DNA of 62,272 nucleotides, filler included, from Platydemus manokwari (taxonomy: Eukaryota), in NCBI GenBank assembly GCA_037951405.1. It is 5 parts of 5 records of this genome, joined end to end, with 100 filler letters (N's around TTAATTAATTAA, not from the genome) between each part and the next. Parts side by side here need not be neighbours in the genome. Positions count along the whole stretch, not along the records: positions 1 to 12,903 come from JBBMOY011914719.1; 4 more parts are not named here. The stretch is one strand, 5' to 3'. The notes under the pieces are model-generated. The model searched no databases and was not told the DNA's origin. It was given only the letters and a program-made list of their open reading frames with translations. Shown piece by piece: positions 1-10,836 of the stretch. Each line of letters opens with the position of its first letter. Position 1 is the stretch's first letter. A program made the translations under genes and the position numbers.

Positions 1-2
1 TA

Positions 3-59
<57 letters not shown>

Positions 60-76
60 GTAATAATAATAATAAT
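1..76. repeat. (TAA)n microsatellite
   Basis: Near-perfect TAA triplets from base 1 to about 76, with two TAG variants. Confidence 0.95.
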
Positions 77-648
77 ATTTAGTTGGAATTTCATCTACTT
101 GTCGTTTCAATAAGCTATGAAGTGAAAAATCAATAAAGTCGAAAGGCAACAACTGAAATTATTCCTAGCGATTATAATCATCTGATCTATACTAGCAAAA
201 TATTCAGGAAAATATCTCTGATCATAGATCAAACATATCTGATAAAAATAATTTCAAGATAGTAAAAAATTTACTGAAATTCATGATCAAAATAAGACAG
301 ATTTTTCGTGGGATTATTTCCTGTGAAATCCAGATTGAATCCAAAGTGGTTCATATAAAACGTTTTGATATGATAAATCATTGATGATGGCTGACGTAAT
401 TCGAAACATTCCTTTATTGACAATGGTCAATTAAAAGGGTTGTTTATTCTATTGTTGGAATATTAACAATTGTGATTAGTAGAAGTGAGTGATAAAATAT
501 ATGTACTAAAAGCTACCATACAAGGTTGAAAATGGGAAGAAATCTTTGATACTCATATATAAACCACTGGGAAGTACAAAAAACTAGAAAAATTATTGAT
601 GAGATAATCTGAATCCTAACATTTTAAACCAATATTATTGATTTCATT

Positions 649-658
649 CAACAACAAC

Positions 659-694
<36 letters not shown>
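649..694. repeat. compound (CAA)n(TAA)n microsatellite
   Basis: caacaacaacaa followed by about 11 taa units. Confidence 0.9.
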
Positions 695-695
<1 letters not shown>

Positions 696-1338
696 GATAT
701 TCAGCCTTAGATTTTCATTAATCAAATATATCGAAACCTATCAATCCATTATTAGATGAGAAACAACAGCAAGAATGAGTCAGCATCACTATTAGTATCA
801 ATAGAAATTCGGTACCATTTCAGAACTTAAATCGCAACTTTTTAACTATTAAATACTATCGTAAATAAAACTGAACTGTATCTAAGATAATAGTTTTAAT
901 AAATGTGCTTTAAAATTTATGGCATGACAAATGACCATCACTCCTTCTATCATTATTCAAGTAAGGAATGGGTTTTGAACTCCAAGTATTTCTAAACCAT
1001 ACGAAATCATTCAATGATAATTTAATGAAATAATGACTTTATATGCTCATTAAGAAGTCAAATAGCTTTCAATAATAATATTTTATCAGACTGCAAAAAT
1101 CTGTAGGTAGCTTGATCACGTAAGTCTGGTATGTATGGTGATTGAGAGATTAATTTTAGCAGTCGTTGTTGACTTGACGTTATACAATTGGACCAATGCA
1201 ACCATTATAGAGTGCTGATATATGTAGATTTACAAATACATTGTTGGTATTTTGATCACACATTCAAACCAATCGTATCAAAATAAATCAAAGTATTATG
1301 ATAAAGTTGAGTGATCTGTTATTCATTCCATAATCATA

Positions 1339-3603
1339 ATGAATAACCTTGCTAATTGGCTAGTGTCAAGTTTCCAACCTCAACTCGATGGAGGAATATT
1401 TCAATACATATCAACCATCATCAGTAATTCATCATATCAAAGCCTTTTCAACGAATCCACTTGGATTGGCTACAAAGAACATTTATTCCACGGGAAATCG
1501 GAGAAAAAAACCTATCTGATTCTGATGATAATGTTCAGTATATTTTTCATCAGTCTATCTATTATCAGTGGAATATTAATATATCGATTTATAAAGAAAA
1601 CATATCGTAAAGTAAATGGTGACGTAAAACAACATCCATGTGCCAATCGATTAATTTATATTTTAATAACAATTCTCTTATTAGGGTTAACATTACGAAT
1701 TATGTATTTTTCACAAGCTTTTCAAACCGAATCCTCATTCCATCGAACAACCAATCGATCGATATTCGATTTGGAAATATTTCTCAATCATTCTCTGCTT
1801 GAATTTCAGAAGAAAATCAATTTGAGTACAGTGATAGAAAATGCCACTACCATTATTAATTCCACAATTCAATCAATCATGCATAAGTTAATGACTAATA
1901 TGAGAGTAGACCAATTATTTGCTCATGCTCCGCAATTTATCGATACTATCATATCGATCAATGAATCATTTCATCAAATATCAATCTATGGTAAAAATCT
2001 ACATCCGAAATTAATACAATTCATCGGTAATACTGAATCGATATCGAATTTATTGGTTTATATCGGCTCAAATGTCTCAAATACTGAAAGTTGTGAAAAA
2101 ATCCATCAAATGCTATTGTTGCACAACTCTAAAAAACCAAAAGTTAATCTAAAAATCGATAATTCCATATTTATCACAAAGATCCATGAAATCACTCCAG
2201 TCAATTTTGATATTGGAAAAATAAAACGGGAAATCAATGAAATTATGCATGATATCGATAGTGTACCAAAGAATTCATTAGATGATTTAAAGAAAGATAT
2301 TCCCTTAGATCTAATAGAAAATGTAAAGGGAAAAGTCTTTCGTTATATGACCCAAAAGTCGCATGAAATACATCAAATTCTCATCAAAGTTTCCGATAAT
2401 TCTCAAACAATTGACGGCCATTTAAGATCATTGGAATTATTTGCGTTTGTGTTGCTTATTTTCATCAATATTTTTCAATATTATCTTATTATTTCTTTTG
2501 CTATCAAAATGCGACCGATGAAATTTATTTTACTCGCTCATTTACCTAATGTTTTACTAACTATTTTCGCATTGTTAGCATTGGTTATTTTCACTATATC
2601 TTTTATAATGATTTCCATACCTCACAATGAAAGTTTTCGCTATTTTCAGTTCCATAATAACAACAGTAAAATTATCGATAAAATCTTATCGACACATGCA
2701 AATATTTTCTGGACCAAATCAAAAATTAACATTCAAACATTAGCCGGAGAATATAAAGATTTTCTCCGTTTGCCAGACAGTCTTCCGGAAGATATTCTAA
2801 TGACCATCACTAGACAGTGCACTGATAATCAATCGATTCTTTCGATTTTGAAATTCGATTCGATAATTTACTTTCAGAAATTGAAACAGTCTCCATTCTT
2901 TCAAAATCTTATCAACAAATCCCGAAACAACGCCGACCAACAAATCATTGGACTCATGAATAAGATAAAGATACCGAAAATCGAAGAAAACAGCAAAGAA
3001 CAAATTTTTCAAATTTTCCAAAAGCTTTTAAATGAAAGGGATAATAAAAACAATTTGGAAACAATGGAATCGATTTTAGTTTATTTTGATTGGTTAAAAT
3101 CCCTAACAAATGGAATACGAATATCGAAATGTACAGAATTTCAAAATAAGCTTTCGGTATTTTCCAATAATTTGCTTCTGAATATTGATCAAGGCATCGA
3201 TGAGTACTATCATATAGTTGGGAATACTTCCAAAGAATTTCGCAATATTCAAAATAATATTCAATTACCTGACAAATTTCGATCGCTTTTCTCGGCTGTG
3301 CACGGTGCTCAGCAGTACTTAGGAAAATTAGATTTAATATTAGAAATCTTCCATAAAGTTTTCGAAACGGAACTTACTCGTGCATTTGATAAACTTTTTA
3401 CCGTGCTTGATAAATTTTATCGACACACTGTCGTTGATAATTTAGTGAATTGTGATATGATCGTAAAATTTTTGAAAGATCTTTCTGTTTATTCAGAAAT
3501 ATCGATTTCGATCAATTCTACTTTGTTAGATGCTATTTTGGAGATATTGATTTATTACATTTTCTTATGGATTTTGTATGTGATTTTCGTAGAAATTATC
3601 TAA
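1339..3603 (+). CDS. Prominin-like five-transmembrane protein, single exon, 754 aa
   Basis: Uninterrupted 2265-nt ORF. Hydrophobic segments at about aa 59-83, 105-123, 365-388, 402-427 and the C-terminus give prominin topology, with two short loops and two ~250-300 aa loops rich in N-x-S/T sites. N-terminal LANWLVSSFQP resembles the prominin 'FL..VQP' motif. QCTDNQSILSIL and LVNCDMI match Cys positions of the second large loop. Confidence 0.75.
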   Translation: MNNLANWLVSSFQPQLDGGIFQYISTIISNSSYQSLFNESTWIGYKEHLFHGKSEKKTYLILMIMFSIFFISLSIISGILIYRFIKKTYRKVNGDVKQHPCANRLIYILITILLLGLTLRIMYFSQAFQTESSFHRTTNRSIFDLEIFLNHSLLEFQKKINLSTVIENATTIINSTIQSIMHKLMTNMRVDQLFAHAPQFIDTIISINESFHQISIYGKNLHPKLIQFIGNTESISNLLVYIGSNVSNTESCEKIHQMLLLHNSKKPKVNLKIDNSIFITKIHEITPVNFDIGKIKREINEIMHDIDSVPKNSLDDLKKDIPLDLIENVKGKVFRYMTQKSHEIHQILIKVSDNSQTIDGHLRSLELFAFVLLIFINIFQYYLIISFAIKMRPMKFILLAHLPNVLLTIFALLALVIFTISFIMISIPHNESFRYFQFHNNNSKIIDKILSTHANIFWTKSKINIQTLAGEYKDFLRLPDSLPEDILMTITRQCTDNQSILSILKFDSIIYFQKLKQSPFFQNLINKSRNNADQQIIGLMNKIKIPKIEENSKEQIFQIFQKLLNERDNKNNLETMESILVYFDWLKSLTNGIRISKCTEFQNKLSVFSNNLLLNIDQGIDEYYHIVGNTSKEFRNIQNNIQLPDKFRSLFSAVHGAQQYLGKLDLILEIFHKVFETELTRAFDKLFTVLDKFYRHTVVDNLVNCDMIVKFLKDLSVYSEISISINSTLLDAILEILIYYIFLWILYVIFVEII

Positions 3604-4068
3604 TTTAATTTTTGATTTTGGCTAAAAATTGATATTTTTTGCATTAAAATTTTGAGCTTTGAAACTTGTTCGATAAAATTTTTCATGATTAATCTCTTTT
3701 AAAAAATACTTTGTACTTCTGCCCATTTGCTATTTCAATTAAGTGGATTACATAAGACCATTACACAATGACTGGTTTTTCTGATAAAAGATAATTGATT
3801 TTCCATAAATTTATAGATTTTAAAATAGATTTTTCAGAATATCATTTTCAATGTGAGTAATCGATATGAATTTATTATTTTCATGGCAAAAAATTATTTT
3901 TGATTTATAAATGTCAAATATCAATTAAATTTTAATGATTTGTTTAAAATGATCAGTTAAGCTATTCAAGGTTATCTAATAATTCAAGAATCATTTTCAT
4001 TCAAAACTATTTCAAATTAGCGAATTCAAAATTTGGTCCAAATCGTTATTCGATTATTTTTAGTGATA

Positions 4069-4770
4069 ATGATTAACATGAATGGTGTGAATAACATTAA
4101 GAGCATGGAAAAAGAACCAATTAAAGAAGGCGAACAGAGTTTCAAAGAAGAAAATAATAATTTGATAGGGATTTTGAAGCCCATCGATATAATGAACAGT
4201 GACAATCAACAGGGCTTCAATCGAGTTCATGTACTGTGTTGCAGCAAGTGCGATTTCCTCACAATAAGCATCGAATCGTTGCAACAACACCTGAAATTCC
4301 ATCACTCAATACCAAGCGATGTATTCAACGAGTTGACAATATACTCGTGTCAAGAATGTCAATGCGTGTCGACCGAATTGAAACTTATACGAGAACACAT
4401 AAAAATGTTTCACGAAACTACAGTAAACATATTTCATTTTGTTCCTATCGATTTTGTTTTCTTTTCACTCATTCAGTCAGAATCGTGGATTTCACCGAAG
4501 CCTGACGGTGGAAAAATTCCCAAGAAATCCAAACCTCTCAATTCGTCAGCATTGAGAATCCAATGGAAATCCATGCAAAGCAAATTGTTGAAGAAGCAGC
4601 GAAAAATTCGGAAAAAACTCTTGTCAAGAAAAGCGAATTGTTCGAATGCAAATCGTATCTATTCTGCGAACGAAAACTGTGAAATGGACAAATCCAATTT
4701 CATGGGAAACTTCTCCAATGGTGAATATTGTTTGAAAAAGGTAATTAGATTTGATTGTAATGAAAAATAA
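4069..4770 (+). CDS. C2H2 zinc-finger protein with two fingers and a probable 54-nt intron at 4423-4476
   Basis: CSKCDFLTISIESLQQHLKFHH and CQECQCVSTELKLIREHIKMFH fit C-x2-C-x12-H-x3/4-H. The C-terminal region is basic and NLS-like (KKQRKIRKK). The first in-frame ATG is 4069 (the ORF track starts at TTG 4033), and an acceptor at 4063 could mean an upstream exon. Confidence 0.8.
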   Translation: MINMNGVNNIKSMEKEPIKEGEQSFKEENNNLIGILKPIDIMNSDNQQGFNRVHVLCCSKCDFLTISIESLQQHLKFHHSIPSDVFNELTIYSCQECQCVSTELKLIREHIKMFHETTVNIFHFVPIDFVFFSLIQSESWISPKPDGGKIPKKSKPLNSSALRIQWKSMQSKLLKKQRKIRKKLLSRKANCSNANRIYSANENCEMDKSNFMGNFSNGEYCLKKVIRFDCNEK

Positions 4771-6549
4771 CCGAAAAAAAACGAGAAAATTCGAATAAAA
4801 AATGAAAAAATAAAAATGATAAATTGTTCTGTTGTTTGGTTGAAAGCGATTTTTAAGCGATATCAACTCTAAAACTTCACCAAATTCAATTCACCACGAA
4901 AATCATATCTGTCCTCATTATACTCCAGAAAGGATGTTTATATTAACCCTCAGCGAGCCAACGAGCAAAGTGAATAATTCTTAATGTTATTTTTACTTGT
5001 TAAAACATCATCATCACTTTGATCAGCCTCTGTGATTGTGTATGTAGAATTGTCGTCAATTCGATTTCGATAACTCAAATCCGTCGATGATGAATATAAA
5101 ATCAATCCTTTCTCAAAAAGAAAAAAATACAACACCATCAGAATTATTATAATAATAATTATTATTATTGATATAATTATTATCGACAATTTATATTTTT
5201 ATCCAAAAGGTTCATCATTTTCGTAATAAGGTTCTGCTTCATAGCGAGAACCCATTTATCTCACTAATATAAACGCAATAAATGCCTTCAAAATAATGAA
5301 CGAGATCTGTATTTGTCATCTAAACACAAATGAAAATTCCATCCAAACTCAATCGGTCGAGCTTGGATAAAGAAAATAGTTTGCTGCTTATCAATTTGTT
5401 TCATGAAATGAATTTCAAAACCAAAAACTTTAATGAAATTTTACAAATCCAACATATTCGCTTATCAGAATCGAGTGTGTACGAGATATTATTACATCAC
5501 ACGACATTTGAGTGTTATACTCTGTTATGCTTATCTCGTAAACGTCCCAATGTTTGGGATTGTATTACATGATGTAATGAATATTCCGAATAACGTTTCC
5601 TTAGATTATGAAAATGTTTTTCACTTTTTACCACTGAGATTGGTCTCATTTATCAGAACTGGAACTATTGAGCAATATATATTGAAGCTGTAAGCATTAC
5701 AAGATTATATTTTGAACATTGGAGCTGATGTAACATCTTTATGCAGTATAGATTATCGGATTTCAATCAGCTGAGTACACGCATAACTCTTGTAATAATA
5801 ATAATAATAATAATGGTGATAAGACTAACTCGAAATTTTCACAATGTTTTTTTTGCAATTCCTCCTATCATATATAAATATATATTTGCTGATGTCGAAA
5901 AAATTTACAAATCGATAACCGATATAAACGAAAAAAAATCCAATCCACATTTCTGTTCTCGCACTACCAAAAACAAATAAAATAAAATAATAGAAATGTC
6001 TGTTCCAATCACAAACGGGCCACGCTCGTTTCTATCAACTCAACAAACCAATCGCAACAAAAAGATTTTCTTTTCTCGTGTTGAGTAAAAAAATTTTTTT
6101 TTATCATCTCTGCTTTTGGTTGTCAAATGAAAACTTGCAGCAGAATTTAATGGGAGACTTATCATTGAAATTGTTTATCTCGATGAGAACTTAATGATGG
6201 AGGATAGTAATAGAATTTGAGAGGATCAATTACGAGATAGAGTGCCGGTTTCTATTTCCGGAGTTGAGTAGAGCAATTATCTATAATTTGTTAAATAAAA
6301 CTTCCTCTGTTGTTATCGAACACTCAAAATTATTTCCAATATGTAATAATCATTCTTCATAATAATATTAATAACGATGACAGCAGAAATAGAGTTTATA
6401 ATCTGAATAATATAGGAACATCTAAAATTTATAATAATAATAATAATTATTTTATAATCTCGCATTTTAAATATCAATGAATTTTATTCTGTTATCATCT
6501 TCATTATTTATAATAATAATTATTTTATTATTATTAATTATTATTATCG

Positions 6550-6580
<31 letters not shown>

Positions 6581-6631
6581 AGTTATTGAATTATTTATTA
6601 AATTCAAATATAATATCGATATTACGTTTAG

Positions 6632-6727
6632 GAAAACGAATTAGATTTATCAGTTGACAAGGATGATGGTGAAAGAGTGCTGTTTTTGAACGAAGAAAAC
6701 AACGAAAACGATCCTCTCGATATGTCG
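6632..6727 (+). CDS. Probable upstream coding exon of the TALE homeobox gene (ENELDLSV...DPLDMS)
   Basis: tttag|GAA...TCG|gtaagt, 96 nt, phase 0-0 and stop-free. It joins in frame to the phase-0 acceptor at 9444/9445. The start exon was not resolved. Confidence 0.6.
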
Positions 6728-9444
6728 GTAAGTCGTATTTTACAACTAAATATTTTATTTTATCGATAAATATTATAAATCACATTCGCTGATATTTTCT
6801 CCGGATGTCGTAGTGAGTTGTATCCTCTCAAATTGTAAATTTGATTTGTGTGTGCGACGATGTATGCGCAATGATTTTTCGATTGAGACACTGTGATGCG
6901 ATATGTTCGCGACTGCTGACAGTGTGTGTGCGTTGTAAAACATGTGCACAACTCTGTTGAGATTTGGTCATAGGAGATTGCGTGGCAGTATATTGAGTCA
7001 GCTCCTTCGAACATATTCGAAATTCGCTATGAAAAACACCAAACACGTGCACTAACAACGAAGCACACTGTACATATTAACAGGTAAGACGAGTAGAGTT
7101 CGCATCTCCTCTATCTCTCTGTTATCGACTAACGCGAAAATAAACAAACTCATGTAGCTCGCTCAATGCAGATTCACACACTACAATTTATACACAGTGT
7201 CGATCTTCCTCTTCATAAAATATACAAATCAAGAATACCAAATATCGCTGCAATATTATTTTACTAAAATGCTACCATTTTGCCATATATAGATGAATGT
7301 GCTATTGCTGATGTGCTTCGAAATTATTAGAAAAAGAAATTTATTGAGTTTAATGAAACGATAATTGGATTATGAAATCAATCGATATGTATAAATCGGC
7401 ATTATTCCATCACAAAAAAAATCAATGGAGAAATTTTAAAAGTCGTCTGAACAAGGTGCATCGAAAATGTCTAAATCGATCCACCCAAATCACCATGGAA
7501 TGTGATGACGAATTCTACAGATTTATTAATTATTACTCTAAAAATTGATTCATACAAGATTATTATCTGTTGTCACAAAACCCATGGAGTATGTAAAATT
7601 CCTCTATGAACTATGCTGGCGCACACACACACACAGTGGTATACACGCACACAAATTAGTACTTGATAAGTATTCAAGATCAGCTTTTAAGATAATAAAA
7701 AGCAATTACACTTCAAAATAACGGTTTAGACACACACATACACGAGATGCACAATGGAACTTGTTAATCGATAACTGTGAAAATCCCAAAATAATACCCT
7801 CTCGTATTGTTCGATACATGTCTTTATTTATTTACTAAACTGAAATCGGTTGAAATGAAAATGAAATCGATTTTTCGAAAAATGCCAATAAATTTCCCGG
7901 TATTGAGAATTTGGAAGAAGTGCCACCAATTTTTTGTCATCTCTTTCAAATGGTGCTTGATAAAGTTAATCATGAATGCGTGTGTATCGTTCGGTGACTG
8001 TAAAAAAGCTCAACAATGAATAATAGAATAATGAGTAATGATAAAAATGAATGAGAACATCATCATCATCAACATCATCATCATCTGGATTTTTGATTTG
8101 GAAAACCTACAGTCACCATGCCGGTTATGATGCGTTAACAATACGATTTGTTCATTGTCATCCGATACCCCTCTTGGTACATATAGCCATGTTATTTGAT
8201 CCCTATTCTCATTGGCTGAGGACGGATATGTGATGAGATGACGGACGATGGTGTCGACTCATCTCAAAACCAGTGTCAGCGCACTCTTAATTAACTATGC
8301 TAATTTAATACGCTCATTATGTGTTGATCTCGCATATTATCTCTCATGAACAATGCTCAATTGATGATGAAGAAGATATTCGAGAATACACATTAAAAAT
8401 GTAGACCTTATTAATCAACAAACTGTGCTGCTGTCGCTTTTTAGGATATCTATTTTTGACACACGCTATTTCTCCCTCATTTACTGATAGAAACAAGCAC
8501 TCATCTATATCTAGACAGCTTCGCTCGCACTCTTCCAACGCATCTGCTGAACATTTTGCACTCAGTTAAAATCGCAGATCATCAAGAAACCCGATTGGAA
8601 ATTTTTTCCTTCGATGACTGTCTTGCCATTTAAAAGAAACTCGCTTATTTCATCTTGAGATAATACGAAAATGCCAGTACAAAACTGTAACAACTCTCTA
8701 CTCGTCTCTATCTTAAACAGAAACTCGTTTTTCTCAAACCCATACACACAGTCGCATACACTTCGGTACGAAAGCAAACTGGCACATGAAATGTTTAGAA
8801 ATTTGCCTGGGCGAACAACTCGCTGACTTTACAAATCATATGTTGTATTTTTCTTCAGCGGTTAGCAACCGTCAAATGTCATTTTTGTCAAATTTAATTG
8901 GCAGTTTGGGAAAATACTTGCTTACTTTTATTTTTATCAAGCAGACTGGAGTAAATCCAATGCAGGAAAATTAAAGATAAACATGCGTAATTACAGAATG
9001 AGAGCCTCTTCAAAATTCGGACGAATCTAATATTATGATTTTATATGAATGTTCGCCTCAACTTCTTTAAAGCGCGAGAAACACATAAGTAGAATGGCAT
9101 ATATTCGCGCTTGTGTGCCTGAACATCGCCCAGTGGCTAGCTAAACATAATCTTGCTGTTCTCCTACGAAAAATCAAATCAGAGAGATAACTTGTGCGCT
9201 ACCAAAGATGCAGAGTGCACCGGCATCATCTCTTTTTAACATTCAGCTCTAACACCACACCGCGAATGACTAGGCCTCAAATTCTGCAAAGAGATGTATT
9301 TCTAAATGTCAACTTTCAGATAAAGTTTTGTCTTTTTTAGATGTAATTTAAAAAAAAATCGCGTGTAAACATTTTTCGTTTCTTTTATTTTTGTTGGTTT
9401 CGAATTTTAATAACGTGATTAAATTTTCCATTTTTCATTTCTAG

Positions 9445-10836
9445 ATCAGTTCGATCACTTGTCCATTTAAGGGCATAAAATCGGATTCGATGGATCGAAC
9501 AGCCAGTCATTTGAAGCAAGACTTTTTGCTGTCGGAAAATGTCGAAGCGTTCATCAATAATAATAATAATATTATCAATAATCCCCTTTTTAACAATCCA
9601 CAAACTTGTATCGAATTAATCAAGTTAACACTGGGCCAGATGTTGGCGAAGACCAATGATCAAAATCGTTTGCCTTTGTCCGGTTTCAATCCGACATCGT
9701 TTCTTCAACCACAATTGCCTCCGAACATCATCCCTTTACTCCTTCCAACGTTAGCACCAGTTTCGAATTCCAATCAAAATTCGAATCCGCCCGATATGTC
9801 TTTTCCCACACAAAATCCAGAACTCGACGCCTTCTTATCGAACTTACAACAGCACAACATTTTCAAAAACATCACATCCAACTCATTCGATCCAAACAAT
9901 CAATTGTTATCACATCAACAATCAGCTCTTTTTCTGAACCACAAATCAGCTAGATCATCACCGAATGTTTCGAAAAACCTTTTTATCGATAACATTCCTA
10001 AAAATGGTAATAATTCAATACAATTTTTTAATTAATTAATTAATCGGATTGTATTTTTTAATTAAATATATGACTAATAGTAACGAATATTTTAAATATT
10101 TCACTTTTCAGGTAACGGGACCTTGTCACCTATTTATAGCACCAAGAAGTCAAATGAATGTTCAACAAAGCTACCACAAAAAAGACAATTCAAGAAAAAT
10201 CAACTCCAATCTCGGATTAGAAATGGCATGACTGAAAACATAAATTACTTACAGAAATGTGACCAAAACAATGAGAATCTTTTCAATCGATCGTTCCTTG
10301 ATTCCAGTTCCAATATCGAAAATAAAGCCGACCAAACGGACAAGCATGACTCGAATTGTGACTTGTTCGATTCCCATACGAACACTAGCAATAAATCATC
10401 TCCAGGAGGACTAACATCCGACAAGCCTCATCGACAGAATTTTACCAGTCAACAGAATCGCATTTTATCAGACTGGTTTTTCACTCACTGTGACAAGCCG
10501 TATCCTTCAACCGAAGACACCAAAGAACTTTCTCAACTCAGTGGACTGACGTATTCGCAAGTGAAAAAATGGTTCGCCAACAAGCGAGCAAGATCATCAT
10601 TGAATAAGAAAGGACACAAAAACTATTGTCTGATAACGCCAGCAGAATCGACAATGGAAGAAATGGGAAACAGTGACCTGTGTCCCGATGGTCTGTTAGC
10701 TATTTCACCATCTTCGGGATCTCAAAATGCTTACAATGCAAGTATCATCAAAACATCCAGTAGTCAACACACATCTCCAGCCCCACTCGACTATACTCAG
10801 ATTCACCAGGACGAACCCCATTCACCCGAAAAATAA
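9445..10836 (+). CDS. TALE-class homeobox transcription factor (exons 9445-10006 and 10112-10836)
   Basis: Homeodomain at about 10423-10611: RQNFTSQQNRILSDWFFTHCDKPYPSTEDTKELSQLSGLTYSQVKKWFANKRAR, with the TALE PYP extension. A phase-1 GT-AG intron at 10007-10111 joins ORFs 9490..10035 and 10123..10836 in frame. The N-terminal region is N/P/Q-rich. If ATG 9490 is the start, the protein is 413 aa. Confidence 0.9.

Noticed and set aside
2797-3021. Antisense ORF (likewise 4060..4305, 9385..9603 and 25562..25837)
   Set aside because: Shadow frames of real genes on the opposite strand.
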